This document shows, piece after piece, positions 19,201 through 28,293 of a DNA stretch of 64,000 bases (position 1 is the stretch's first letter; each line of letters starts with the position of its first letter). A program made the position numbers and the translations under genes. This stretch comes from Sporichthyaceae bacterium (GTDB lineage Bacteria > Actinomycetota > Actinomycetes > JACCUZ01): NCBI GenBank assembly GCA_031365725.1, contig JANLYQ010000019.1, forward strand, positions 683 through 64,682. The letters are read 5' to 3'. The notes under the pieces are model-generated. The model was not told the origin of the DNA. It did not search any database and saw only the letters and a list, made by a program, of their open reading frames with translations.

Positions 19201-19465
19201 GCACTGGGGACCCACCGGGCTGACCACCGGCGATGCGGCCAACGAGATCGTCGGCATCGAGCTCGATCCCAACGTGCACATCCAGGACAAGGTCGGCAGC
19301 TGCGACGTGCAGCCCGGGCGTCGGCCGCGGGGACCCGCCCTGCTCGACTACGTCGCGGGCTACCGGGCCCGCGCCGGCATCCCCGACGACGGCACCGACC
19401 TGCATCGCAGTGACGGCCCGACCAGCCGCACCACCGAGACCACCGACACTGGGGAACCCTCGTGA
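16270..19465 (+). CDS. Selenocysteine-containing Mo/W-bis-PGD formate dehydrogenase alpha subunit (FdnG/FdoG-like); in-frame UGA 16837-16839; apparent frameshift near 19121
   Basis: Joins ORF-track pieces 16237-16839, 16948-19413 and 19136-19465: CPFCAVGC..CPKG, ENQARI-U-HSTTVPGLG, GSNMAEAHPVGF, RGHASIQG, HRLTEHHTAG, HQVGIPWHWG; GTG 16270 has AGGAGG 6 nt upstream. Confidence 0.9.
16837..16868 (+). promoter_or_regulatory. UGA(Sec) codon with bacterial SECIS hairpin
   Basis: TGA at 16837, 12-nt spacer, then GTCCCC-GGTCT-GGGGAC (16852-16868), same position and GGTCT apex as the E. coli fdhF SECIS. Confidence 0.88.
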
Positions 19466-20391
19466 GCAACCGCCTGTCCGGACCGCTCGCCGACGTCGCC
19501 GGCGACGCGGGCTACGCCGCGCACCCGTCGCGCGTCGGCTTCTTCACCGACACCAGCGTCTGCATCGGCTGCAAGGCCTGCGAGGTGGCCTGCAAGGAGT
19601 GGAACGCCATTCCCGAGGACGGCCTCACCCTCACCGGAATGTCCTACGACAACACCGGCGCGCTCGGGTCGGACACCTGGCGGCACGTGGCCTTCATCGA
19701 GAAGGTCGCCCCTGCCGGCCCCGTTGCCCCCTCAGCGCACCCCCCGATCGAGACGAGCACCGTCGACCTCGGCATGCCCGGGTCGCGCCCGCCCGGCCGC
19801 GACCTCGACGCGGCCGCGGCGGTCGACGTCACCTGGCTGATGTCCTCCGACGTGTGCAAGCACTGCACGCACGCCGCCTGCCTCGATGTGTGCCCGACGG
19901 GCGCGCTGGTACGCACCGAGTTCGGCACCGTCGTCGTGCAGGAAGACGTGTGCAACGGCTGCGGCTACTGCGTGCCCGCCTGCCCGTACGGCGTCATCGA
20001 CAAGCGGCCCTCCGACGGCCGGGTCTTCAAGTGCACGCTGTGCTACGACCGCCTCGGCTCGGGGCTGACGCCGGCTTGTGCCAAGGCATGCCCGACCGAG
20101 TCGATCCAGTTCGGCGACCTCGACGAGCTGCGGGCCCGGGCGGACGCCCGCGTCGCCTCGCTGCACGAGGCGGGTGTCCCCCAGGCTCGACTCTACGGCC
20201 ACGACCCGGCAGACGGTGTCGGTGGTGACGGCGCCTTCTTCCTCCTGCTCGACGAGCCGCAGGTCTACGGTCTCCCGCCCGACCCGGTCGTCACGACCAA
20301 GGACCTGCCGGCGATGTGGCGCCATGCCGGTGTCGCTTCCCTGGGTCTCGCGGCCGGTGTCGCGGCCTGCTTCCTCGGGCGGCGACCGTGA
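19462..20391 (+). CDS. Formate dehydrogenase iron-sulfur (beta) subunit with C-terminal TM helix
   Basis: CIGCKACEVACKEWN, CKHCTHAACLDVCPTGA, CNGCGYCVPACP, KCTLCYDR..PACAKACPT. Confidence 0.93.
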   Translation: MSNRLSGPLADVAGDAGYAAHPSRVGFFTDTSVCIGCKACEVACKEWNAIPEDGLTLTGMSYDNTGALGSDTWRHVAFIEKVAPAGPVAPSAHPPIETSTVDLGMPGSRPPGRDLDAAAAVDVTWLMSSDVCKHCTHAACLDVCPTGALVRTEFGTVVVQEDVCNGCGYCVPACPYGVIDKRPSDGRVFKCTLCYDRLGSGLTPACAKACPTESIQFGDLDELRARADARVASLHEAGVPQARLYGHDPADGVGGDGAFFLLLDEPQVYGLPPDPVVTTKDLPAMWRHAGVASLGLAAGVAACFLGRRP

Positions 20392-21404
20392 CGACGACCA
20401 CCTCGATGCCTGGCGGCGCGGCCGGCAACTCGCAGCCGCCCGGCGAGGGCCGCAGGTGGCGCCGCGGCGGCCGCTACGGACGCGGCGGCTTGATGGTGCC
20501 CGAGGTGACGTTCTCCTCCTACTACGGACGCCCGATTCTCAAGAAGCCGGTGTGGCAGGAGCGCGACATCGCCGGCTACTTCTTCCTCGGCGGCCTCGCC
20601 GGTGCGTCGTCGCTGCTGGCGGCCGGCGCGCAGGCAACTCGCCGTCCTGCACTCGCCCGGACGGCGAAGCTCGGCGCCGCCTCGGCGATCTCGCTGTCGC
20701 TGGTCGCTCTCGTGCACGACCTCGGCCGCCCGATGCGCTTCCTCAACATGCTGCGCGTGCTCAAGGTGACCTCACCGATGAGTGTCGGCACCTGGATCGT
20801 CTCGGCCTACGCCCCCGCCGCCCTCGCCGCCGCCGCCAGCGACGCCAGCGGGCGGCTCCCGAGGATCGGCAGGCTGGCGACCACCGCGGCCGCCATCGCC
20901 GGCCCGGCGGTGGCGTCGTACACCGCGGTGCTCGTGGCCGACACCGCCGTCCCCGCCTGGCACGAGGGGCATCGCGAGCTGCCGTTCGTCTTCGTGGGAT
21001 CGGCGACCTGCGCGGCCGCCGGTCTCAGCCTGCTGGGCGCGCCCCCCAGCGAGACCGGCCCGGTCCGGCGGGCCGCCGTCATCGGCGCCACCGCCGAGCT
21101 TACGGCCACGCACCTGATGAAGAACCGCATGGGCATCGCGCGCGAGACGTTCGAGACCGGGTCGGCCGGCACCCTGCTCAAGACCGCAGAGGCCTTGACG
21201 ATCGGCGGCGCGCTGACCGCCGCCCTGTTCGGTCGCAGCCGGGTCACCGCGGCCGCGGCCGGAGTCGCGCTGCTCGCCGGCTCTGCATGCACCCGATTCG
21301 GCATCTTCCGCGCCGGCGTTGCGTCTGCTGAGGATCCGAAGTTCACCGTCGAGCCCCAGTTGGCCCGTCTCGACGAGCGCTCGGCCAAGGTCACGCCTTC
21401 CTGA
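20388..21404 (+). CDS. NrfD/PsrC-family membrane anchor subunit
   Basis: YYGRPILKKPVWQERDIAGYFFLGGLAG, HDLGRPMRF, SPMSVGTW, YTAVLVADTAVPAW; GTG 20388 overlaps beta-subunit stop. Confidence 0.88.
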   Translation: MTTTTSMPGGAAGNSQPPGEGRRWRRGGRYGRGGLMVPEVTFSSYYGRPILKKPVWQERDIAGYFFLGGLAGASSLLAAGAQATRRPALARTAKLGAASAISLSLVALVHDLGRPMRFLNMLRVLKVTSPMSVGTWIVSAYAPAALAAAASDASGRLPRIGRLATTAAAIAGPAVASYTAVLVADTAVPAWHEGHRELPFVFVGSATCAAAGLSLLGAPPSETGPVRRAAVIGATAELTATHLMKNRMGIARETFETGSAGTLLKTAEALTIGGALTAALFGRSRVTAAAAGVALLAGSACTRFGIFRAGVASAEDPKFTVEPQLARLDERSAKVTPS

Positions 21405-21440
21405 CTGACCACCACCACCATCGCCCCGAGCCGACCCCGA

Positions 21441-21545
21441 CTATCGCGCCGCCTCTTGTGTGGCGTCAGCAGGCAGCAGCGTGAGCGGGTTTCCCGACAG
21501 CGAGCACAGCGGTCGAAAGTGACGCTCGTCGAACGTCAGGACGTG
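21441..21545 (-). pseudogene. C-terminal remnant of a PIN-domain (VapC-like) gene
   Basis: Translates HVLTFDERHFRPLCSLSGNPLTLLPADATQEAAR*, resembling the xLTxDxRHF...LLP tail of actinobacterial VapC; no start codon, directly follows the SHOCT gene stop. Confidence 0.5.
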
Positions 21546-21809
21546 CTAGCGAGTCGTACCGCTGCGCAGCACCTCACGGCGGCGAGTGAACTCGTCCTCG
21601 TCGATCTCGCCGCTGGCGAACCGGCGTGCGAGGACGTCCTCAGGCCGATCCGTGGGCGTCCCGGTCCGCACACCTGGCTGGCCCTGGGAGCTGCGTGAAC
21701 CGCGGACCGCCCACATCACGAGTGCGATCGCCACGCCCCAGAAGAGCAGCATCAGCAAAGCCATCACGAACCACTGACCCACGCCGCCGTTCCAGTCCTG
21801 ATAGTCCAT
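21546..21809 (-). CDS. SHOCT domain small membrane protein
   Basis: MDYQDWNGG, one TM helix, then PEDVLARRFASGEIDEDEFTRRREVL; AGGAGG upstream. Confidence 0.88.
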   Translation of the reverse strand: MDYQDWNGGVGQWFVMALLMLLFWGVAIALVMWAVRGSRSSQGQPGVRTGTPTDRPEDVLARRFASGEIDEDEFTRRREVLRSGTTR

Positions 21810-21863
21810 CACGAGCAACACCTCCTGTCGTCCCACCGTACGGATCTTCGCGTCGTCCGCACC

Positions 21864-21899
21864 GGGCCGAAAGTCCCCTGAGCCGAGGACGTTCGCCGC
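21864..21899. promoter_or_regulatory. DosR/OsdR-like box pair in a divergent promoter
   Basis: GGGCCGAAAGTCCC (21864-21877) plus weaker AGGACGTTCGCCGC 22 bp downstream; matches core GGGACTWWAGTCCC. Confidence 0.65.
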
Positions 21900-21990
21900 T
21901 GCCGGTCCGGCTGCACGGACGTCAGTCTCATGACGAGGCCCGGAACTGGGCTGTCCCGCGGCTGATGGCCGCCAACTGCAGGAGTTCGCC

Positions 21991-22578
21991 ATGCGACGCA
22001 AGTCTTTCGACACTCTGCTCACCGGCGCCGGCGTGCTCGTCGCCGTGGTCATGCTGCTCGCCGGAGGCCTGCTCAGCTGGGGCAGCTCCTTCGTCTCCGG
22101 GCAGGTTCACGACCAGCTGGCGGCTCAGAAGATCTTCTTCCCGCCGAAGGGCGACGCGACCAAGGATCCCCGGATCGGTCCGTTCGTCGACAAGTACGCC
22201 GGTAAGCAGCTGGTCACGGGCGCACAGGCCCACGCCTACGCCGACCACTTCATCGCTGTGCACCTTGCCGACATCTCCGGGGGCAAGACCTACGCCGAGC
22301 TCTCCACGGCCAGCCGCGCGGCGCCCACCGACCTCAAGCTCGCCGGACAGGTGCAGACCGTCTTCCGCGGCGAGACGCTGCGGGGCCTCCTGCTCAACGC
22401 CTACGCATTCGGCACCATGGGCACCATCGCCTTCTACGCGTCGATGGTCGCCTACGTCGGTGCGGCTCTCCTGCTGCTCCTGAGCCTGCTCGGCCTGATG
22501 CACCTGCGCAGGGTCGATCCCCAGGAAGAGGTCCTGGCGGGATCTGCGCTTCGGCGCCAGGCACCCGTCACGGCCTGA
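21991..22578 (+). CDS. Two-TM membrane protein of unknown function
   Basis: N- and C-terminal TM helices flank a loop with QLAAQKIFFP, AYADHFIAVHL, GKTYAEL, FRGETLRGLLLNAY; AGGAG RBS. Confidence 0.8.
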   Translation: MRRKSFDTLLTGAGVLVAVVMLLAGGLLSWGSSFVSGQVHDQLAAQKIFFPPKGDATKDPRIGPFVDKYAGKQLVTGAQAHAYADHFIAVHLADISGGKTYAELSTASRAAPTDLKLAGQVQTVFRGETLRGLLLNAYAFGTMGTIAFYASMVAYVGAALLLLLSLLGLMHLRRVDPQEEVLAGSALRRQAPVTA

Positions 22579-22612
22579 CCGGCACGAGTCGACGCGGCGG
22601 GGCCAGGCGACC

Positions 22613-23059
22613 ATGATGGACAAGCGTGAGCTGCTCGTCCTGTCCAGGCGAGAGTGCATCGCCTATCTGCAGGGACAGAACGTGGGACGAGTCGTCTTCA
22701 CCGAACGGGCGCTTCCGGCCGTCATGCCGGTGTCGTACGCCGTCCTGGACGACGCTCTGGTCATGTCGACCGCGGCGGGGTCGAGGTTGGCTGTGGCCGC
22801 TCGTGGCGGCGTCCTCGCCTTCGAAGTGGATCATCTCGACCCGGTCACCCGCACCGGGTGGAGCGTGGTCGTCACGGCGCTTCCCGAGGCCGTCATCGCT
22901 CCACAGGACCGGGCCCGAGTCTCGTTGGTCCTCGACAGCTGGGCGCCCGGCTCTCACGACCTGCTGCTGCGGCTCCCGTTGACCGTCATCACCGGTCGGC
23001 GGATCGAAAGCACTCCCGCGCTGGTGCCGCCTGGGATAGACACGACCTATGAGCACTGA
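22613..23059 (+). CDS. Pyridoxamine 5'-phosphate oxidase-like split-barrel protein
   Basis: LSRRECIAYL..GRVVF..LPAVMPVSY, VLAFEVD, GWSVVV. Confidence 0.85.
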   Translation: MMDKRELLVLSRRECIAYLQGQNVGRVVFTERALPAVMPVSYAVLDDALVMSTAAGSRLAVAARGGVLAFEVDHLDPVTRTGWSVVVTALPEAVIAPQDRARVSLVLDSWAPGSHDLLLRLPLTVITGRRIESTPALVPPGIDTTYEH

Positions 23060-23720
23060 GGCCGCGGCGCCCGGACCGATCCGGGTCTTCCTGCTCGACG
23101 ACCACGAGGTGGTCCGTCGCGGCCTGCGGGACCTGCTCGAGTCCGCAGGCGACATCGAGGTGGTCGGGGAGTCCGGGTCGGCGCAGGAGGCCATCCGGCG
23201 CATCCCGGCACTCAAGCCCCGGGTGGCGATCCTCGACGGACGTCTCCCGGACGGGTCGGGCGTGGACGTGTGCCGCGAGATCCGCTCCCGCGACCCGGGG
23301 ATCTCAGCGCTCATCCTCACGTCGTACGACGATGACGAAGCACTTTTCGCAGCCATCATGGCCGGGGCCTCGGGCTACCTGCTCAAGCAGGTGCGCGGAC
23401 ACGACCTGCTGGACGCGGTCCGTCGAGTTGCTGCCGGACAGTCCCTGCTCGACCCCGCCATGACCAGCCAGGTGCTCCAGCGACTGCGAGAGGGTCCGCA
23501 GCTGGACTCTGCCCTCGACGGCCTGACCGCCCAGGAGCGTCGGGTCCTCGACCTCATCGGGGAGGGGCTCACCAACCGGGCCATCGGAGAGCGCCTGTTC
23601 CTCGCCGAGAAGACGGTGAAGAACTACGTGTCCAGCCTGCTGGCCAAGCTCGGCCTGCAGCGGCGGACGCAGGCAGCGGTCTTTGCGAGCAAGCACCCCG
23701 GTGCAGGCAAGCATGAGTGA
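23049..23720 (+). CDS. dosR: DosR/DevR-like NarL-family response regulator
   Basis: VFLLDDHEVVRRGL, ILDGRLPDGSG, LTSYDDDEAL, GYLLKQVRG, HTH GLTNRAIGERLFLAEKTVKNYVSSLLAKLG (near-identical to the DevR recognition helix). Confidence 0.88.
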   Translation: MSTEAAAPGPIRVFLLDDHEVVRRGLRDLLESAGDIEVVGESGSAQEAIRRIPALKPRVAILDGRLPDGSGVDVCREIRSRDPGISALILTSYDDDEALFAAIMAGASGYLLKQVRGHDLLDAVRRVAAGQSLLDPAMTSQVLQRLREGPQLDSALDGLTAQERRVLDLIGEGLTNRAIGERLFLAEKTVKNYVSSLLAKLGLQRRTQAAVFASKHPGAGKHE

Positions 23721-24708
23721 CCCCGGGCTCGTCCGCGACATCGTCGGCGCAGCCGTGCAGGCCCCGTCAGCGCACAACGCGCAACCGTGGCGATTCGTCG
23801 CGCACGGTGACGTCATCGAGCTCTGGGCCGACCCGTCCCGTGCGTTGCCGGTGCTCGACCCACATGGCCGTGCGGCGCACCTCAGTTGCGGCGCCGCCCT
23901 GCTCTTCGCTCGAGTCGACGCGGCCAGCAAGGGTCTCTCCGGCCAGACCGCGCTCCTGCCGGACCTGTCGAAGCCGGACCACCTGGCCGATCTCACCCTC
24001 GGGACGGGCCGGGTCGAGCCCGAGCTGGCTACCCTCCGACCGGCCATCGACACCCGACACACCGATCGCGGAACCTTTGACGAGAGCACACCCGTGCCCG
24101 CCGACCTCCTCCGGGCCCTCGCCGACGCCGTGCAGGTCGAGGGCTCCTGGCTGCGGGTCGTCAGCAACACCAGTGACTCGGCAGCTGTCGCCGTGCTGCT
24201 GTCACGGGCGGACGACGTCCAGTCGGCGGATCCGGACTACCGGGCCGAGCTCGGCGCGTGGACCGGACGATCGGACGACAGCCCGGACGGCGTGCCCTCG
24301 TCTGCGGTGCCGACGGTGGCCCCGTCCGAGCGAGGCTCGAACTACCGGCTGCGCGACTTCGACACCGACCGAGAGGCCGCCGGGCCACGATGGGCGGGTG
24401 AGCCACCACTGCCTGAGCATCCCGCGGTCGTCGTCCTCGGCACCGCCGACGATGACGCGGCAGCGTGGCTGCGCGCCGGCGGCGCCCTGGGTCGGTTGCT
24501 GCTCACGGCAACGGCGTCCGGCCTGGCCGCCTCTCCGATGACGCAGGCCCTGGAGGTGGACGACACCCGGGCCCGACTGGTCCAGGAGCTCGGCCTGGTC
24601 GGGCATCCGCAGATGGTGCTACGGATCGGGTTCCGGCCGGCGGACGACTCGCCCCCGCTCGGGCACTCACTGCGACGACCGGTGGACGAGATCCTCGAGA
24701 TGCGCTGA
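23713..24708 (+). CDS. Acg-family FMN-binding nitroreductase-like protein
   Basis: APSAHNAQPWRF, DPHGRAAHLSCGAAL, RHTDR, WLRAGGALGRLLL, PQMVLRIG. Confidence 0.9.
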   Translation: MSDPGLVRDIVGAAVQAPSAHNAQPWRFVAHGDVIELWADPSRALPVLDPHGRAAHLSCGAALLFARVDAASKGLSGQTALLPDLSKPDHLADLTLGTGRVEPELATLRPAIDTRHTDRGTFDESTPVPADLLRALADAVQVEGSWLRVVSNTSDSAAVAVLLSRADDVQSADPDYRAELGAWTGRSDDSPDGVPSSAVPTVAPSERGSNYRLRDFDTDREAAGPRWAGEPPLPEHPAVVVLGTADDDAAAWLRAGGALGRLLLTATASGLAASPMTQALEVDDTRARLVQELGLVGHPQMVLRIGFRPADDSPPLGHSLRRPVDEILEMR

Positions 24709-24712
24709 GCGG

Positions 24713-26431
24713 GTGGACGAGCAGCCGACCCTGCCCAAGGCACCGGGCAGCTCACAGCTCCCGGACGCCATGCGCCTCAAGCTGGACGACCTTCTGCGCC
24801 AGCTCATCGATCGCGCGCAAGAAGTGCTTCGCACCGAGGGTCGCCTGCAGGGCCTGGTCCGCGCCACCCAGTCGATCACGTCCCATCTCGACCTCCCGAC
24901 CCTGTTGCAGCACATCGTCGTGGAGGCGCGGATCCTGATCGGTGCGCGCTACGCGGCACTGGGCGTCGTGGGTGACAACGGGCTGCTCACCGAGTTCGTG
25001 CACGACGGGATGGACGCGGAGACTGTCGCGCGGATCGGTCATCTCCCGACGGGGGGCGGCTTGCTGGGCGAGCTGATCACGCGGCCGGTGCCGCTGCGCC
25101 TGGCCCATCTGTCCGACCATGCGTGTGCGGTCGGCTTCCCACCCGGGCATCCGCCGATGACCTCATTCCTGGGTGTGCCCGTCCGCATCCGCAGCCAGGT
25201 CTACGGCAACCTCTACCTGACCGAGAAGGCTGATGGGACGGACTTCACCCGCGAGGACGAGGACCTTGCCCTGTCCTTGGCGGCTGCGGCTGCGGCTGCC
25301 ATCGACAACGCGCGCCTCTACGACACCGTGGCCCGTCGTGAGCACTGGCTCCAAGCGGCCAGCGCCCTCACCAACGATTTGATGCGCATCGAGGACCGCG
25401 ACGAGGCCCTGGCCCTCGCGACGCTCGCCGTCCAGACTGCGGCTGAGGCCGACCATGCCGCCGTACTCGTCAGCGACGGGGCCGGGGTCATGCGCTTCGC
25501 AGCCGCGGTGGGACCGGATGCTGACCGCGTCATCGGGGTGGCTCCTCCGGAAGGCTCACCGGTCCTGCTTGCCGCCCGCGAGCGACGTCCGGTGTTGTTC
25601 GACGACCTGCGCGAGCACGACGAGATTCACGGTCCCATCAAGGACCTCGGGATCGGCCCGATGCTCGCCGTGCCTCTTGCCGCGCAGGACCAGGTGCTCG
25701 GAGCGTTAGTGCTGGGAAATCGCCCTGGTCGGGCCATCTTCACCCCGCAGGACGTGCACATGGTGCAGGAGTTCGCGACCCAGGCAGCGCTCGTGCTCCT
25801 GGTCGCTGCCTCGCGTGCAGCCAGCAAGGAGCTCGACCTCGCCGAGGAACGGGCCCGCATCGCGCGGGACCTGCACGACCACGCGATCCAGGGCATCTTC
25901 GCCGTCGGCCTGGGCCTCAACGGGCTCTCCCTCAAGGTCGGCGGGACCGACGGTGAGCGCATGATCGAGCTCGTCGATCAGCTCGACGATGCGATCAAGT
26001 CGATAAGACGCAGCATCTTCGCCCTGCAACGACCTGTCGGCTCAGACCCCGGGCTGCTGGCCCGACTCGGCCGAGTCGTCGCGCGTGCGACAGAGACCCT
26101 GGGATTTGCTCCCGTATTGCGGACCCACGGTGACCTCGACGGCGCAGTCTCCATGGACGTGGGCGATGACCTGCTCGCCGTCGTGGCCGAGTCTCTGTCC
26201 AACGTGGTGAGGCATGCCGGGGCCACCAGCGTCGGCGTGTCGGTACAGGTGGGACTCGACCTGGTCCTGGAGGTCCACGACGACGGTGTCGGGATCGGTT
26301 CACCCACGCGAACGAGCGGCTTGGCCAACATGCGCAGTCGGGCCGAGCGGCACGGTGGCAGTTGCGAGATCGGAGTCGGAACAGCGGGCGGCACGTCGAT
26401 CCGCTGGGCAGTACCACTGACAGGGGACTGA
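24713..26431 (+). CDS. DosS/DosT-like double-GAF sensor histidine kinase
   Basis: GARYAALGV, GFPPGHPPMTSFLGVP (heme-ligand His motif of DosS GAF-A), GNLYLTEK, RIARDLHDHAIQ, ESLSNVVRHA, DDGVG, SGLANM. Confidence 0.9.
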   Translation: MDEQPTLPKAPGSSQLPDAMRLKLDDLLRQLIDRAQEVLRTEGRLQGLVRATQSITSHLDLPTLLQHIVVEARILIGARYAALGVVGDNGLLTEFVHDGMDAETVARIGHLPTGGGLLGELITRPVPLRLAHLSDHACAVGFPPGHPPMTSFLGVPVRIRSQVYGNLYLTEKADGTDFTREDEDLALSLAAAAAAAIDNARLYDTVARREHWLQAASALTNDLMRIEDRDEALALATLAVQTAAEADHAAVLVSDGAGVMRFAAAVGPDADRVIGVAPPEGSPVLLAARERRPVLFDDLREHDEIHGPIKDLGIGPMLAVPLAAQDQVLGALVLGNRPGRAIFTPQDVHMVQEFATQAALVLLVAASRAASKELDLAEERARIARDLHDHAIQGIFAVGLGLNGLSLKVGGTDGERMIELVDQLDDAIKSIRRSIFALQRPVGSDPGLLARLGRVVARATETLGFAPVLRTHGDLDGAVSMDVGDDLLAVVAESLSNVVRHAGATSVGVSVQVGLDLVLEVHDDGVGIGSPTRTSGLANMRSRAERHGGSCEIGVGTAGGTSIRWAVPLTGD

Positions 26432-26460
26432 CCAGCTGGACCTCCGTTCTGCCTTCTCAC

Positions 26461-27348
26461 TCATTCGTGGCGCGGCACGACCGCCACCGCACAGGTCGCC
26501 AGGTGCAGGACGCCGTGGCTCACCGAGCCGAGGAGAAGACTCGTCATCGATCCGCGTCCTCGGCATCCGACGACCAAGAGCTGTGCCTCTGCTGCGGCTC
26601 CGGTAAGTGCACGCACCGGGTGGTCGTGCACGACCCGTGAGTGCACGACGACCCCGGGGTACGTCGCCGACAACGTGTCGAGCGCAGCCCGCAAGACGTC
26701 GCGTGCCCGCACGAGGAGCTCCGCCGTCTCGTCCCGGAGCGGGAACCCGGCTGCCATGACGTGCGGCGCGAGAGGATCGGTCCAGGCCAGAACTGCAGTC
26801 AACGACGTCCCCGACTCGGCGGCCTCACGAAACGCCCACTCGAGAGCTGCATCGGAGAGCGCCGTGCCGTCAACACCGACGACGATGCCTACCCCACTCG
26901 TGATCTGGGTGGGGACGGCGACAACGGGACAGTGGGCGTAGGTGGCCACGTTCATCGTCGTCGATCCAGCCAGCAGGGTGCTCAGCGCGCTGACGCCGTG
27001 CGAGCCGACGACGACGATCTCTGCACGCTCCGACTCGGCGATGAGAGCCGCCTTGGCGGAGTTCGATGCGAGCTCGGTCTGGATGGACAGGTCACGAGCG
27101 ATCGACCGGGCTTGTTGCAGCTGCTCGTGCAGCAGACGCGTGGCGGTGACCTCACGCTCCCGCGTGAGCGTGGGGAGCGAACCGCCTCCGATCATCACGT
27201 CGCTGAAGGCAGGGTCAAGGGCATGCACCAGCCGCACCGGTGCGCCCCGCCGGGCGGCGTAACGCAACCCCCACGCCAGCGCCTGATGTGACCCCGCCGA
27301 GCCATCGACCCCGATGACCACCGGGAGCACGCTGGTGTCTGTACTCAT
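26461..27348 (-). CDS. Universal stress protein (two USP domains)
   Basis: VVIGVDGS, VVVGSHG..LLAGSTT, IVVGVDGT, LVVGCRGRG..LLGSVS. Confidence 0.92.
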   Translation of the reverse strand: MSTDTSVLPVVIGVDGSAGSHQALAWGLRYAARRGAPVRLVHALDPAFSDVMIGGGSLPTLTREREVTATRLLHEQLQQARSIARDLSIQTELASNSAKAALIAESERAEIVVVGSHGVSALSTLLAGSTTMNVATYAHCPVVAVPTQITSGVGIVVGVDGTALSDAALEWAFREAAESGTSLTAVLAWTDPLAPHVMAAGFPLRDETAELLVRARDVLRAALDTLSATYPGVVVHSRVVHDHPVRALTGAAAEAQLLVVGCRGRGSMTSLLLGSVSHGVLHLATCAVAVVPRHE

Positions 27349-27411
27349 CGAATCCTCCGTGTAGCACTAGGGTGCCGAAACCTTCGTCAGCCCGCCCGCT
27401 GGGATCGCACC

Positions 27412-28293
27412 TCAGACAGTCCTGTCTGGATCACTGGTGACAGACCGCGGGACGACCAGGACCGGGCACGGCAAGGCAGCAAGCACGGCATGACTGACGG
27501 AGTCCAGCGTCATGCCGGCCAGAGCCATCGGCCCCCGGGAGCCGATCACGAGCATCCTGGCTCCGACAGCCTGGTCGATGAGGGCTGATGTAGCCGGCTG
27601 GTCGGTCAGTGTCCGTTCTACTGTCACCGTGGGGTCCGCGACGGTGACTGTGGCCACCAGGTCAGCGCAAAGGGCAGCTGCCCGCGCATGGGCCGACTCA
27701 GCGGTCTCTCCGTTCACTTGCCGGTAGGCATGCAGCACGGTGACGTGACCGGACGGAGAGGCGTAGGTCTGCGCAGCCTCGATGATCCTGGCGGCCTCCT
27801 CGTCCGGCTCCGCGATACCGACAACGATGTGTCGCACGCCGGAGGTCTCGCGCAGAGGTGTGTGCACCGGCACGACCAGGACCGGGCAGGCCGCGGCCCG
27901 CAAGAGCTGCTGGCTGGTGGTGTCCATGGCGAAAGCGGGTCGTTCACCGGGGCCGTGTGAACCCAGGACCAGAAGCCGGCAGCCCGCCAGGGTCGCCTGC
28001 ACATCGGCTGCGCTCGGCTGGTCGAGGGTCCGGGTGGCGATGGACACGTCTGGTCGCCGATCACGTTCTCGAGCTGCGGAGTCGCGGAGGGTGTGCTCCA
28101 TCCGCTCGACGGCGTACTGCATCTCCCGACGACGGGCCTGGACCGTGAGATCTGGGTTGTCGACGTCGTGCACCAGCGCCACCACCAGGAGAGGTACGCC
28201 GAGACGGGCCGCTTCCTCGGCCGCTGCGTCGACCAGACGCTCAGCATGGGGGTGGCCGTCGTGAGCGACCACCACTGGACCCGTGGTCGTCAT
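27412..28293 (-). CDS. Universal stress protein (two USP domains, divergent)
   Basis: VVVAHDG, LVLGSHG, CPVLVVP, LVIGSRG..LDSVSHAVL; ATG 28293 overlaps ppdK stop. Confidence 0.88.
   Translation of the reverse strand: MTTTGPVVVAHDGHPHAERLVDAAAEEAARLGVPLLVVALVHDVDNPDLTVQARRREMQYAVERMEHTLRDSAARERDRRPDVSIATRTLDQPSAADVQATLAGCRLLVLGSHGPGERPAFAMDTTSQQLLRAAACPVLVVPVHTPLRETSGVRHIVVGIAEPDEEAARIIEAAQTYASPSGHVTVLHAYRQVNGETAESAHARAAALCADLVATVTVADPTVTVERTLTDQPATSALIDQAVGARMLVIGSRGPMALAGMTLDSVSHAVLAALPCPVLVVPRSVTSDPDRTV

Noticed and set aside
21441-21548. Pyrrolysine or amber read-through of the SHOCT gene
   Set aside because: No pyl genes; the downstream peptide is better explained as an unrelated PIN remnant.
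27370-27390. Additional DosR-like box GTGCCGAAACCTTC
   Set aside because: Only one half-site matches, so too weak to list.
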